Assembly: GCA_963796685.1 (NCBI GenBank) | Contig: CAWCMR010000013.1 | Coordinates: 416,001 to 480,000, forward strand | Source: an uncultured delta proteobacterium | GTDB taxonomy: Bacteria > Myxococcota_A > Polyangia > Fen-1088 | Direction of reading: 5' to 3' | Length of the DNA stretch: 64,000 nucleotides | Shown: positions 1 to 9,680 of the stretch, piece after piece | How positions within the stretch are numbered: position 1 is the stretch's first letter | How the letters are laid out: the number at the start of each line of letters is the position of its first letter | The notes under the pieces: generated by a model | What the model was told of the DNA's origin: nothing | The model's database searches: none | Seen by the model: the letters and a program-made list of their open reading frames with translations, nothing else | Program-made: the position numbers and the translations under genes

Positions 1-1629
1 ATAGATGGCCAGCGCGGCGGCCTCGGGCGCAAGCTTGCCGTAGCCGACGTGAACGAAGATCTCCTCGGCCGTGCCCAGATGCAAAGCCTCTGCCGCCTTG
101 TCGAGCAGCTTGTCCTTCTCGGCCACCGCCAGAGAGCGCTGATGGTTGCGCAGGGCCTTGGTAAGCAGGTCGCGGCCGAGTCGGCGGCTGCGTTCGCGCT
201 GCTCCCTGCGCAGGTGGTGGCGAATCTTGGTCTGCGCGCGGCTGGTGACGACGAACTTGATCCAGTCCTTCGACGGCCGCTGCGTGGGCGAGGTGATGAT
301 GTCGATGATGTCGCCGTTGCGCAGCAGATAGCGCAGCGGAACCATCATCCCGTTGACGCGCGCGCCGGAACAGTGGTCCCCGATCTTCGAGTGCACGGCG
401 TAGGCGAAGTCGATGGGCGTGGCACCCTTGGGCAGGGCCTTGACGTCGCCCTTGGGTGTGAAGACGAAGACCTCTTCCTCGAAAAGATCGATTTTCACCG
501 TCTGGATGAATTCGGCCGGGTCCTTGAGGTCGCGCTGCCATTCCATCAACTGGTGCAGCCAGGCGAAGGTCTTGCGATCCTCGGAGCCGACAGGCAACTT
601 CTCCTTGTACTGCCAGTGCGCCGCGATGCCCTCCTCGGCTGTCCGGTGCATGGCGTGGGTGCGGATCTGGACCTCCATGCGTTCCGAGCCCGGTCCAATC
701 ACCGTCGTGTGCAGGGACTGGTAGAGGTTGGGCTTGGGCAGTGCGATGTAGTCCTTGAATCGACCAGGTACCGGTGTCCAGTTCGAGTGAATCGCGCCCA
801 GGACCCCGTAGCAGTCGCGAACGCTGTCCGTGATGATGCGAAACGCGATGATGTCGTAGACCTGTTCGAGGTCGCGCCCGGTTCGCTTCATCTTCTGGTG
901 GATGGACCAGTAGCCCTTGGCGCGCCCGCTGACCTGGCCTTTGATGTCGTTCTCGGCCAGCACCTCGGAAAGCTTGGAGCAAACTTCTTGAATGTAGGCG
1001 CCGCGTTCGGCTTCCGTCCCCTCCATCTGGGAACGCAAATTTTCCCATTCCTGCGGCTCGAGGTATTTGAAGGCCAGGTCTTCGAGCTCGACCTTCATCC
1101 ACTGGATACCGAGCCGGTTGGCGATGGGAGCGTAGATTTCGCGCGTCTCGCGGGCGATGCGCTCCTGCTTGTCGCGCGACATGAACTGCAGGGTGCGCAT
1201 GTTGTGCACCCGATCCGCGAGCTTGACCAGGATCACCCGGATGTCGCGTGCCATGGCCAGGAGCATCTTGCGGAAATTCTCGGCCTGCCTTTCCTCACGC
1301 GTGGTCCAGGGGATTTGGCCCAGCTTGGTCACGCCCTCGACGATGCGCTGAATCTCCTCGCCGAACTTGTCGCGGATGTCCTCGGGCGTGGCGGTGGTGT
1401 CCTCGACACAGTCGTGCAAGATGCCCGCACAGATCGACGGCACGTCGAGGTTGAGATCGGCGATGATCTTGGCCACGCTCATGGGGTGAACCAGATACGG
1501 TTCGCCCGATTTGCGAAACTGCCCGGCGTGGCTCTCGGCCGCGTAGGCGTAACTGCGGCGAAGCAAATCCAGATCGGCCTTGGGGTTTCGCTCCAGGATC
1601 GATTCGCAGAGGGTGTCGATGGTCCCCAT
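1..1629 (-). CDS. relA: Bifunctional (p)ppGpp synthetase/hydrolase RelA/SpoT (3' end outside window)
   Basis: Hand translation of the minus strand from ATG 1629: MGTIDTLCESILERNPKADLDLLRRSYAYAAESHAGQFRKSGEPYLVHP, later LHDCVEDT, KLADRVHNMRTL, YQSLHTTV, TPKGDV (TGS). The ATG overlaps the gmk stop (TGATG). Missing from the ORF track because it runs off the edge. Confidence 0.95.
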   Translation of the reverse strand, partial: MGTIDTLCESILERNPKADLDLLRRSYAYAAESHAGQFRKSGEPYLVHPMSVAKIIADLNLDVPSICAGILHDCVEDTTATPEDIRDKFGEEIQRIVEGVTKLGQIPWTTREERQAENFRKMLLAMARDIRVILVKLADRVHNMRTLQFMSRDKQERIARETREIYAPIANRLGIQWMKVELEDLAFKYLEPQEWENLRSQMEGTEAERGAYIQEVCSKLSEVLAENDIKGQVSGRAKGYWSIHQKMKRTGRDLEQVYDIIAFRIITDSVRDCYGVLGAIHSNWTPVPGRFKDYIALPKPNLYQSLHTTVIGPGSERMEVQIRTHAMHRTAEEGIAAHWQYKEKLPVGSEDRKTFAWLHQLMEWQRDLKDPAEFIQTVKIDLFEEEVFVFTPKGDVKALPKGATPIDFAYAVHSKIGDHCSGARVNGMMVPLRYLLRNGDIIDIITSPTQRPSKDWIKFVVTSRAQTKIRHHLRREQRERSRRLGRDLLTKALRNHQRSLAVAEKDKLLDKAAEALHLGTAEEIFVHVGYGKLAPEAAALAIY

Positions 1630-2273
1630 CACGCGCCTGATGGCCTGCGGGCCGCCGCTTCGGCCAAGAGTGCCTGAGCCACGTTCTCTCGCCGGGCGCG
1701 CGTGGCGCGGGCGGCAACGAAGATGGAACGCAGCTGATCGTAGGCCCGCGAAAGGTCGTCGTTCACCACGAGGTAGTCGTACTCGCCGTAGTGTTCGAGC
1801 TCCTTGCAGGCCATGGCGAGACGGCGCTCGATGACGTCCGGCGCATCGGTGGCGCGCCGGCGCAGACGACTTTCCAGCTCTTCCATGGAGGGTGGCAGAA
1901 TGAAGCACAGCACGCTGTCATCGGGCCACAGGCGGCGAATCTGTCTGCCCCCCTGGTAGTCCACATCGAACAGGCAGTCGATGCCACCCGCGATGCATTG
2001 CTGCACGGTCGCGATGCTGGTGCCGTAGCGGTTGCCATGTACCACCGCCCATTCCGCGAATTCCCGGTTCGCCACCATCTGGTCGAAGCATTCGCTGCTG
2101 ACGAAGCAGTAGTCCTTGCCTTCGACCTCGCCGGTGCGTGGGCTGCGCGTGGTGTACGAAACCGAAAAACGGATGTCGAATTCGGCGGCCAGCCGACGCG
2201 CCAGCGTGGTTTTGCCGGCCCCTGACGGTGACGAGATCACCAGGAGCAGGCCGCGTGAGACTTCTTTGGACAT
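1629..2273 (-). CDS. gmk: Guanylate kinase
   Basis: P-loop SSPSGAGKTT, SVSYTTRSPR, EWAVVHGNRYGT, FILPPS motifs. Confidence 0.96.
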   Translation of the reverse strand: MSKEVSRGLLLVISSPSGAGKTTLARRLAAEFDIRFSVSYTTRSPRTGEVEGKDYCFVSSECFDQMVANREFAEWAVVHGNRYGTSIATVQQCIAGGIDCLFDVDYQGGRQIRRLWPDDSVLCFILPPSMEELESRLRRRATDAPDVIERRLAMACKELEHYGEYDYLVVNDDLSRAYDQLRSIFVAARATRARRENVAQALLAEAAARRPSGA

Positions 2274-2294
2274 TGCCGGGACTATACGCAGGTT

Positions 2295-3191
2295 CTACTC
2301 GATATTCTGCGCCTGCTCGCGCAGCTTCTCCAGCTCGGCTTTGCCGTCGATGACCAGGGCCGCGATGGCGGAGTCCTGGATCTTGCCGCCCAGGGTGTTG
2401 AGCTCCCGACCGATCTCCTGGGCCAGAAAGTCGATACGCCGTCCTGGTGCGTCCGCGCCCTTACCGCCGAGAAGCGTCGCAAGGTGATCGAAGTGGGCGC
2501 GCAAGCGCGCGATCTCCTCGCTCACATCGAGGCGGTCGGCGAGCAGCGCCACCTCCTGCGCCAGACGGGCGGGATCCAGGGCCGGATTTCCCGCGATCAG
2601 GGCGGCCAGGCGTTCCTCGAGTCGGCGAGCCGCGCGGCCGGGGACCAGCGCGGCGAGATCCGAGATCCTTTCGACGAGATTACCTAAGTTGGTCAGCCGC
2701 AGCCGGAGGTCGGCCGAGATGGCGGCGCCCTCGTGCTCGCGCATGGCACACAGGCTTTCGAGCGCGGTTGCGATGGCGGGCCGCAGAGACTGCCAGCTCG
2801 ATGGCGGAATCTCGTTCGCCGGTCCGGTTCCGGACGCGCCCATGAACGTTCCCACGGTACCGAGATCGAGCGGCCCGGGCAGTCCCATGTCCTGGCGAAG
2901 GGTATCGAGGACCGCGTGAACCTGGCGCACGCGCGTGGTGTCGAGCACCCCACCCTGCCCGCTCGCGGTTTCGTCGCGAAGGCTGATGGACACCGAGCCG
3001 CGAGCGAGCGTTTCGCGAACCATGCGCAGGATCTCGGTTTCGATTTCGGGCGCGAGTTGCGCGTCGTACGCGCGCAGCTTGACATCCAGGCCACGGTGAT
3101 TGAGCGAGCGAATCTCCACCCCCACCGTGCGTTGTCCAAGGACCGCGCGCGCCCGGCCGAATCCCGTCATGCTGACGACCTTGCGGCTCAT
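2295..3191 (-). CDS. yicC: YicC/YloC family endoribonuclease
   Basis: SMTGFG N-terminus, EIRSLNHR, DVSEEIARL, GRRIDFLAQEIGRELNTLG, EKLREQAQNIE C-terminus; upstream of gmk as usual. Confidence 0.93.
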   Translation of the reverse strand: MSRKVVSMTGFGRARAVLGQRTVGVEIRSLNHRGLDVKLRAYDAQLAPEIETEILRMVRETLARGSVSISLRDETASGQGGVLDTTRVRQVHAVLDTLRQDMGLPGPLDLGTVGTFMGASGTGPANEIPPSSWQSLRPAIATALESLCAMREHEGAAISADLRLRLTNLGNLVERISDLAALVPGRAARRLEERLAALIAGNPALDPARLAQEVALLADRLDVSEEIARLRAHFDHLATLLGGKGADAPGRRIDFLAQEIGRELNTLGGKIQDSAIAALVIDGKAELEKLREQAQNIE

Positions 3192-3240
3192 GACTTCAAC
3201 CTCTTGGCGGCGGCGATTCGGGGCATGGACTGGCGTCCTT

Positions 3241-4383
3241 CTAGCGTACTTTTTCGGACGATGTCATGGACTTCCTGGCGCTCTGCTTCGGTTCGGGTCG
3301 AGGTGGCGGCGCCTCGTCGGGAAACGGCAACCCGAAGAGCCCCGCGCCGTAGCGCGTATCCAGATAGAAGGGCTTGCCATGAGGGCGTGAAATGACGATA
3401 TGCCAAACTCCGGCCGCGTCCTTTTGGGTGGCCAGCGCGATGTTGCACTTCGACCTCGTCACCCTGCGCTTGCCCGGCCTGACCCCGGCTCCCGAAACCT
3501 CGACCGAGTCGGCCCGCGCGCGAGCCGTCGACCAAGATGCGGGCTCCAGTCGGTCGTCGGACAAGGCAAGCACGCTGGTGGTCGAGGTCGCATCGGTCAC
3601 CTGCAGGATCGGCCGCGCGAGAAACGACAATTGCACGCGCCGGACATCGCCGGGGATCGGCACTACCTTGCTCAGCGCCATGGTCGGGATGTCGAGGACG
3701 CGCAGGGAAAGCCCACGCAAGAGCGCCTCACGTCCCGGCAAGCGCACGAGCTTGCCGGCCAGCAGATAAGCCAGGCGCCGCCCGTCGGCGGAGACGGCGT
3801 AGGTCAGCACGCGGCCGTCCTCGGCGGTGACTTGCAGGTACCGCCCCGTCTCCGGAATCCAGACGAAGATCTCTTGGTTCAGCCCCAGCGCGAGAACCCC
3901 TGTTCCGGCGACGCTCAAGGGCGGCCTGGTCCTGGCCACGAAAAGGATGCCATCGCGCACGAGCTTGCCCCAGCTCGGCCCCGCCTCCGCCCGCGCGGCC
4001 TGCACCTTGGCGTAGACGCCCTGGTCCTGCAGGATGCCGAGGTCGGCTGCCTCCCCGACCTCCCGGCTCCACGGCACGAAGGCGCGACGAATGAGGTCGG
4101 CGGCTTCGTCGGCGGCCTCGGCGTAGCGCCCCTGGCGCGACAGGCTGCACGCGACGTTGAGCTGCGCGCTCAGAAAGTTGGAGTCGGCGGCGAGTGCGGC
4201 CCGATACTTCTTCCGTGCCTCGGCCCAGCGCTCCTGCCGGTAGAGCTGCTTGCCCTCGGCGTTGAGGCGCATGGCCTCCGCTGCGGGCAGCTTGGCCACG
4301 GCGGCAAGACCCGGCGTGTCCGGCACCGGCGCGTCGGTCGGGCAAGTCGCGGCGGAGAGGACGAACAGCAGCACGAGGCTCAC
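3241..4383 (-). CDS. Exported TPR-containing hypothetical protein
   Basis: GTG 4383 overlaps the upstream stop (GTGA). Hydrophobic N-terminus, TPR-like helices (NAEGKQLYRQERWAEARKKYRAAL...NVACSLSRQGR), beta-rich C-terminus. The 5' part of the 594-aa track ORF overlaps the SBP gene and is probably not translated. Confidence 0.7.
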   Translation of the reverse strand: MSLVLLFVLSAATCPTDAPVPDTPGLAAVAKLPAAEAMRLNAEGKQLYRQERWAEARKKYRAALAADSNFLSAQLNVACSLSRQGRYAEAADEAADLIRRAFVPWSREVGEAADLGILQDQGVYAKVQAARAEAGPSWGKLVRDGILFVARTRPPLSVAGTGVLALGLNQEIFVWIPETGRYLQVTAEDGRVLTYAVSADGRRLAYLLAGKLVRLPGREALLRGLSLRVLDIPTMALSKVVPIPGDVRRVQLSFLARPILQVTDATSTTSVLALSDDRLEPASWSTARARADSVEVSGAGVRPGKRRVTRSKCNIALATQKDAAGVWHIVISRPHGKPFYLDTRYGAGLFGLPFPDEAPPPRPEPKQSARKSMTSSEKVR

Positions 4384-6038
4384 GGCTCGACCCACACGGA
4401 GCGCAAGTCGAGCCGATCCCCGACGGCGGCCAGTCCGTGCACGCGCCTGGCCACCAGGGTGGCCACGTCGTGCCGGTACAAGAACAGAGCCGGCCGATCG
4501 GTAGCAAGAATGTCGGCGAGTTGCTGCAGAAGAGGCGCCCGCGCGGCCGGCGATGGCGCCGCCCGGATGCGCTCGATCGCCGCCACGAACTTTTCGGACC
4601 TGTAGCCCGTGTACTGGAAGTCGCCTTGACTCCCGAGCAGGAGGCGCGGATCTTCGTCTTTGCGACCGTCCCAGGTCAGGCCGCACAGATCGTAGTCGCC
4701 ACGCTCCACCCGCGAAAACAGCGTCGAGCCATCCAGATTGTTGGTGTCGAGGAGGATCCCGACGCGGCGCAAATTCATGGCGAAGGCTCGAACCTCGGCG
4801 GACAGGGTGTGCGAGCCGGCCGGTACCAGGAAGGTAAGTCGAATGGGGATGCCCCCGACCTCGCGGACACCGTCGCCGTCGGTGTCCGTGAATCCAGCCT
4901 CTTCCATGAGGCGCCGCGCGAGTGGCAGATCGAATTTGTCCGCTGGCGCCGAACCGAAGGTGGGCGCGCCGATGGGCCGGACCAGACCGTGGTGAAGCTC
5001 GGACGCGAATCGCGCCCGATCCCACAGCAGGCTCAAGGCGTGGCGAAACGCGGGATCCGCCAGCGCGCCCCGACGCGTGTTCAAGGCGACGAAGGAATAG
5101 CGATGCGGCTGAAGTAGATAGAGATCCAGGGAGTCGCGCAAGGTGGCCGGGGAAACCTGCTCGGGAAAGTGGATCTCCGACACGCGTGGCAGGATGTCGA
5201 TGTCGCCCCTGCGCGCACGGGTCAACGCGCGCGCGGGGTCGACGTCGATCTCGAAGTCGATGCCGTCCAGCATGGGACCGTCAGGTGAGGATTGTAGGCG
5301 CGCCCTGACCAGTTTGATGCGCTTGCCGCGTTCCCAGGCCGCGACGCGGAAGGGACCGGTACCCATGGGTGATCGCCCGAGTTGGGTCAGGCTGGCACCC
5401 CCGGTGCGCAAGGGCTCGGCGGGCAGAATGGGGATCTCGCACAGCGCGCGCAGGGTGAGGTCCGACGGCCGCATGAGGCGGAGGCGAACCATTCGATCCG
5501 GTAGGACATCCACACCTTCCAAATCCGCGATCATGGTGTGCAGCAGCGCCGAACGATTCGGCGACCGCATCAAGTGCTCCAGGGTGGCCTGTACATCCGG
5601 ACCGGAAAAGACCTTGTCGTCCTGCCAACGCGTCCCTGCCTTGAGATGCATGGTTATGCGCAAACCGTCGCTGGACACATCCCAGGTGTCGGCCAGGCCC
5701 GGCCGGTAGCCGTCGCCGACGCAGTCGATCAGGGTCTCGTAGACCAGCCCACGCACGACGCGGTCGATCACCTGAACGGTGTCGAGCAAAGGATTGAGAT
5801 GCGGGGGCTCGGCCTCCAGATGAACCTTCAGAACCCCGCCGCGTCGGGCGAGCTTTTCCGGTGAAGGCGCGATCTCGGGCAGCGATTTCATGACCGGGGT
5901 TGGCAGCGTCTCGGTGTGTGCCGGCTGTGCGGCGATCCCGCGCACCGGGGGTGCTCCGGCGCGCTTCGTGGTCCTTTCTCGTCCCTTGCGGTTGCAGGCG
6001 AGCCCCACGGCCAGGATTGCAAAGAGACAGAACCCCAC
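4380..6038 (-). CDS. ABC transporter substrate-binding lipoprotein (peptide/nickel family 5)
   Basis: Lipobox-like GLAC, EPPHLNP, PGLADTWDVS, PMGTGPF motifs; start approximate. Confidence 0.88.
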   Translation of the reverse strand: MGFCLFAILAVGLACNRKGRERTTKRAGAPPVRGIAAQPAHTETLPTPVMKSLPEIAPSPEKLARRGGVLKVHLEAEPPHLNPLLDTVQVIDRVVRGLVYETLIDCVGDGYRPGLADTWDVSSDGLRITMHLKAGTRWQDDKVFSGPDVQATLEHLMRSPNRSALLHTMIADLEGVDVLPDRMVRLRLMRPSDLTLRALCEIPILPAEPLRTGGASLTQLGRSPMGTGPFRVAAWERGKRIKLVRARLQSSPDGPMLDGIDFEIDVDPARALTRARRGDIDILPRVSEIHFPEQVSPATLRDSLDLYLLQPHRYSFVALNTRRGALADPAFRHALSLLWDRARFASELHHGLVRPIGAPTFGSAPADKFDLPLARRLMEEAGFTDTDGDGVREVGGIPIRLTFLVPAGSHTLSAEVRAFAMNLRRVGILLDTNNLDGSTLFSRVERGDYDLCGLTWDGRKDEDPRLLLGSQGDFQYTGYRSEKFVAAIERIRAAPSPAARAPLLQQLADILATDRPALFLYRHDVATLVARRVHGLAAVGDRLDLRSVWVEP

Positions 6039-6135
6039 GCGCAGGGCTTGTCGGCCGGAATTGAGCGTGTTATTGAGTGACAAGAGATGCGGGCCGCATG
6101 GTCGTCGTCCGCCATTCTTGGAAGAGGGGAAACAC

Positions 6136-6909
6136 ATGATCCGAATCTGTCTGCTCACGGTGTTCGCGCTGGCTTCCCTGCTGCCGGTGAGAGTATTCGC
6201 GCAGGGTCAGGAAGTCACCCCGATAAAAGTGAATCTTCCGCCCTCGCCTAGCTTCGCTGCCTCGAACATACCCACCCAGTATCCGACGGGCGAGCTGTCC
6301 GTGCTGGGCCTGCGTAAGAACAAAGACAAGTACATGGACAAGGACGTGCGGGTCAAAGCCTACCTGACCGAGATCTACGAATGTCCACCCGAGTTGCGCA
6401 AGTGCAATGACGAGCTGTCGGAAAAAACCAAGAAGGAAAAGAAGAAGGCGATGAAGAAGGGCGGCGATGCCCTGACCCAGAACGTCCAGGTCGATCGCGG
6501 CGGTTGCCGTCCGTGCGACCAGCCCCACTTCTTCATGGCCGATACGCCCAACGCCAAGAAGGAACGCTCGCTGCTCATCGCCGATTATCCCGTCAAGGAC
6601 TGGGACACCGGGGATCCCAAGCCGCTCGAAGCCAAGGTCGGCGAACAGTACATCGTGACCGGCACCTTCTCCATCAACTCGATGACCGGCTTCGCGGCCT
6701 CGAACGGCCTCATCATCCACAAGAAGCTCGAAGACCTCTCGGGCAAGGTGTTGGCCGAAGGCAATGCGGTTCTTCCCCCCGAGGCGCAGACCATCAAGCT
6801 GGAGGGGCAAGCCCCGCAGCAGGTGGGATGGGCCGCACACCAGAAGGATGGCTTGGTCGCCGGCAAGAAGAAGGGCGACAAAGGCGTCCCCGGCGGCGCT
6901 CGGAAATAA
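6136..6909 (+). CDS. Secreted hypothetical protein with paired Cys motifs
   Basis: RBS-like GAGGGG before ATG 6136; signal peptide MIRICLLTVFALASLLPVRVFA; CPPELRKC and CRPCDQPH; strong GC3 codon bias. Confidence 0.75.
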   Translation: MIRICLLTVFALASLLPVRVFAQGQEVTPIKVNLPPSPSFAASNIPTQYPTGELSVLGLRKNKDKYMDKDVRVKAYLTEIYECPPELRKCNDELSEKTKKEKKKAMKKGGDALTQNVQVDRGGCRPCDQPHFFMADTPNAKKERSLLIADYPVKDWDTGDPKPLEAKVGEQYIVTGTFSINSMTGFAASNGLIIHKKLEDLSGKVLAEGNAVLPPEAQTIKLEGQAPQQVGWAAHQKDGLVAGKKKGDKGVPGGARK

Positions 6910-6916
6910 GCCTTTC

Positions 6917-9641
6917 CTAGTGGGCGTCGCCCCAAGACGGCCCGGCGTGGACATCCACGACCAGCGGCACCCGTAGCTCGTAGGCCGACTCCATCTCGTG
7001 TTTGACCCAGGGATTGAATTCGTCGAGGTTCGACTCGGGCACCTCGAACACCAACTCGTCGTGCACCGTGAGTAGCAACCTGACGTCGGGAAAATGGGAC
7101 AGGCCGCGGGCTACACGCAGCATGGCCAACTTGAGGATGTCGGCCGCCGAGCCTTGAATCGGCGTGTTGCGCGCGATGCGCTCGGCGTAATTGCGCTCCT
7201 GCGGCCGCTTGGAGCCGATTTCCGGCAAGGCTCGGGTGCGCCCGAGCAGCGTAGACACGGACTGGGTCCGCCGAGCGTCGGCGATCATGGCCTCCATGTG
7301 CTCGCGCACACGGGAGTAGCGCTTGAAGTAGCTGTCGATGTACTTGTGCGCCTCGGCGCGTGGGATGTGAAGGACCTGGGCCAGCCCGAAGTCGCCTTGC
7401 CCGAACACCAATCCGAAGTTGATGGCCTTCGCGATCCGCCGCTGCTCGTCGGTGACCGCCCCTTCGGGGATGCCGAACACCTCGGCGGCGGTTCGTCGGT
7501 GAATGTCCACTCCGGCTCGGAAGGCGTCGAGGAAGGCCGGATCCTGCGAAAAGTGCGCGAGCACGCGCAGCTCGATTTGCGAGTAGTCCGCCGAGACCAT
7601 CTGAAAACCTGGATCGGCGACGAAGGCGTGGCGGATCTTCCTGCCGATCTCCGAGCGAATGGGGATGTTTTGCAGATTGGGCCCGCTCGACGAGATGCGC
7701 CCCGTGGCCGCGACAGCTTGATCGAAGTTGGTGTGCAATCGGCCGGTGCGGGGATTGACCAGCGCCGGCAACGCGTCGATGTAGGTTCCCTTCAGCTTGG
7801 TCAGCATCCTGTATTCGAGGATCTTGGCCGGCAACGGGTGCATGGCTGCCAGCGCTTCCAGCACGTCGGCGTCGGTGGACGCGCCGGTCTTGGTCTTCTT
7901 GATGACAGGCAACCCCAATTTTACGAAGAGGATCTCGGCCAGTTGCTTGGGCGAGGCGATGTTGAAGTCATAGCCAGCCAGCGCGTGGATCTCGATCTCG
8001 ATGGCACGGGCGCTCGTGGCCACCTCGTTGCCCAGGTTGTTCAGGTAGCCGGTGTCGAGGCGGATACCCCAACATTCCATGCTCGCAAGCACGGGCACGA
8101 GCGCCAGCTCCACGTCGCGGTAGAGGCTTTCCTGGTTCGAGGTCGAAAGCCTCTCGTGCTGTTTGCGCGCCAGGGCCAAGATGGCCCAGGCCTCGGTGGT
8201 CAGGTGAGCCGCAACCTCGTCGACCGGCAGCCTCGCTGCGTCCGTGCCCCCGCGTCCGGTGCCGGGCCACGCGGTGCGCGGAATGACACCCTCGATTTGC
8301 GCCTTGGCCGCGAGCACCGAAAGCTCGTAGTCCGCACTCGCGCCATCGAGCACGTAACCGGCGAGCATGGTATCGCTGGCGACCCCAGCCAGTTTCGCGC
8401 CCCGCACGCGCAGAAGATCCTCCATCACCTTGGCGTCGTGAAGGTGTTTGGCGACCGTCTGCGAGGCCAGGATGTCGGCGAGCCCGGACACGACCTCGGC
8501 CTCGGCCAGGCTTCGCGTGGCCCCGAGGACCTGTTGTTTCACCGGCACGCAGGCCCGAAGCCCGCCTGGCAGCGCAAACGCCACAGCGACAATCCCCGCC
8601 TTCACCGGTGCCCCACCGTCGCACAGCACGGCGATGGCGCATTCCTCGGCGGCGCGGATCTCGGAAACGATCTCCGCCAGCGCCGGAGCATCGGTCACCA
8701 CGCGGGCTTGGCCGATGGTCGAGGGTACCCCCGAGCCAACCGCTGCTGACGTCGGGATCGGTCCCGCATCCGGAGGTGCGCTCGACGCATCCTCCTGCCC
8801 GTACTGGGCCAGCAGGCGTCCGAATTCGAGTCGGCTGAAGAGGGCACGCAGCTTCTCGGTCGACGCGGGCACGCGATGCAGATCGTTCACGGTCAGGGGA
8901 AGCTCCACGTCGTCGCGCAGCCTGACCAACTCGCGCGACAGGGCCAGTTTGGGGCGTGCTTCGGCGATGGACTGGCCCTTCTTGCCCTTGATCTTATCGA
9001 CATTTGCCAGCACCCCGTCGAGCGACCCATAGGTGGCAACGAGCTCCGCCGCGGTCTTGGGTCCCACGCCAGGAACCCCGGGCACGTTGTCGACCGTGTC
9101 ACCCATGAGAGCGAGGACGTCGCCGAGCTTGTCGGGCGCAACGCCCCACTTCTCCTTCACTTCGGCCGGCCCCACCAGCCGATTCTTCACGGCGTCGAGG
9201 AGCTTCACGTCCTCGGTGCAGAGTTGCATGAGAATCCTTGTCGGACGACCCGATGACGACCGAAAAATCCTCGGTCTTGGCCTTGCGAACCAACGTGGCG
9301 ATGACGTCATCGGCTTCGACCCCGGCGAGCGAGAGCACCCGGTACCCGAAGGCGTCGGCGACCTGGTGGGCCAGAGCGATTTGGGCGATGAGCTCAGGCG
9401 GGGTGGGCAAGCGATTGGCCTTGTACTCCTTGTAGAGCTCGTCGCGGAAGGTCGGCCCTGGTGCATCGAAGACCACGCACAAGTGCGAGGGTTGATGCTC
9501 ACGCTCGATGCGCAGGAGCATCTGGCAAAATCCGTACACCGCCCCCGTGGGCTGCCCGGCTTTCGTGGTCAGGGAAGGCAGGGCATGAAAGGCCCGAAAG
9601 AGGTAGTTCAGGGCATCGACGATGAATAGGGTGCCGCTCAT
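6917..9641 (-). CDS. polA: DNA polymerase I (reading frame broken near 9233)
   Basis: 5'-3' exonuclease N-terminus (IVDALNYLFRAFHA, EADDVIAT, SSDKD) in ORF 9099-9641 continues as LMQL...GVGPKTA...ADYSQIELR...LTVHDEL in ORF 6917-9502. Removing one base restores DKDLMQ. Confidence 0.95.
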
Positions 9642-9680
9642 GATGACGAGACCTACCCTACCCTACGAATGGGGGGCCGC

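Noticed and set aside
49-1677. 542-aa + strand ORF
   Set aside because: Antisense shadow of relA/spoT; such open mirror frames are expected with high GC3
7094-8749. Long antisense ORFs here and at 13595-15082, 19953-21701, 27086-28486, 43611-45437, 49987-51510 and 58765-60180
   Set aside because: Each mirrors a well-supported gene on the other strand and lacks recognisable motifs
9099-9641. Split polA as a true pseudogene or programmed frameshift (also the sigma54 activator, cca, kinases, CDF, vgrG)
   Set aside because: Single-base fixes restore conserved motifs, there are no slippery heptamers or further decay, and housekeeping genes are hit; sequencing error is the simpler explanation
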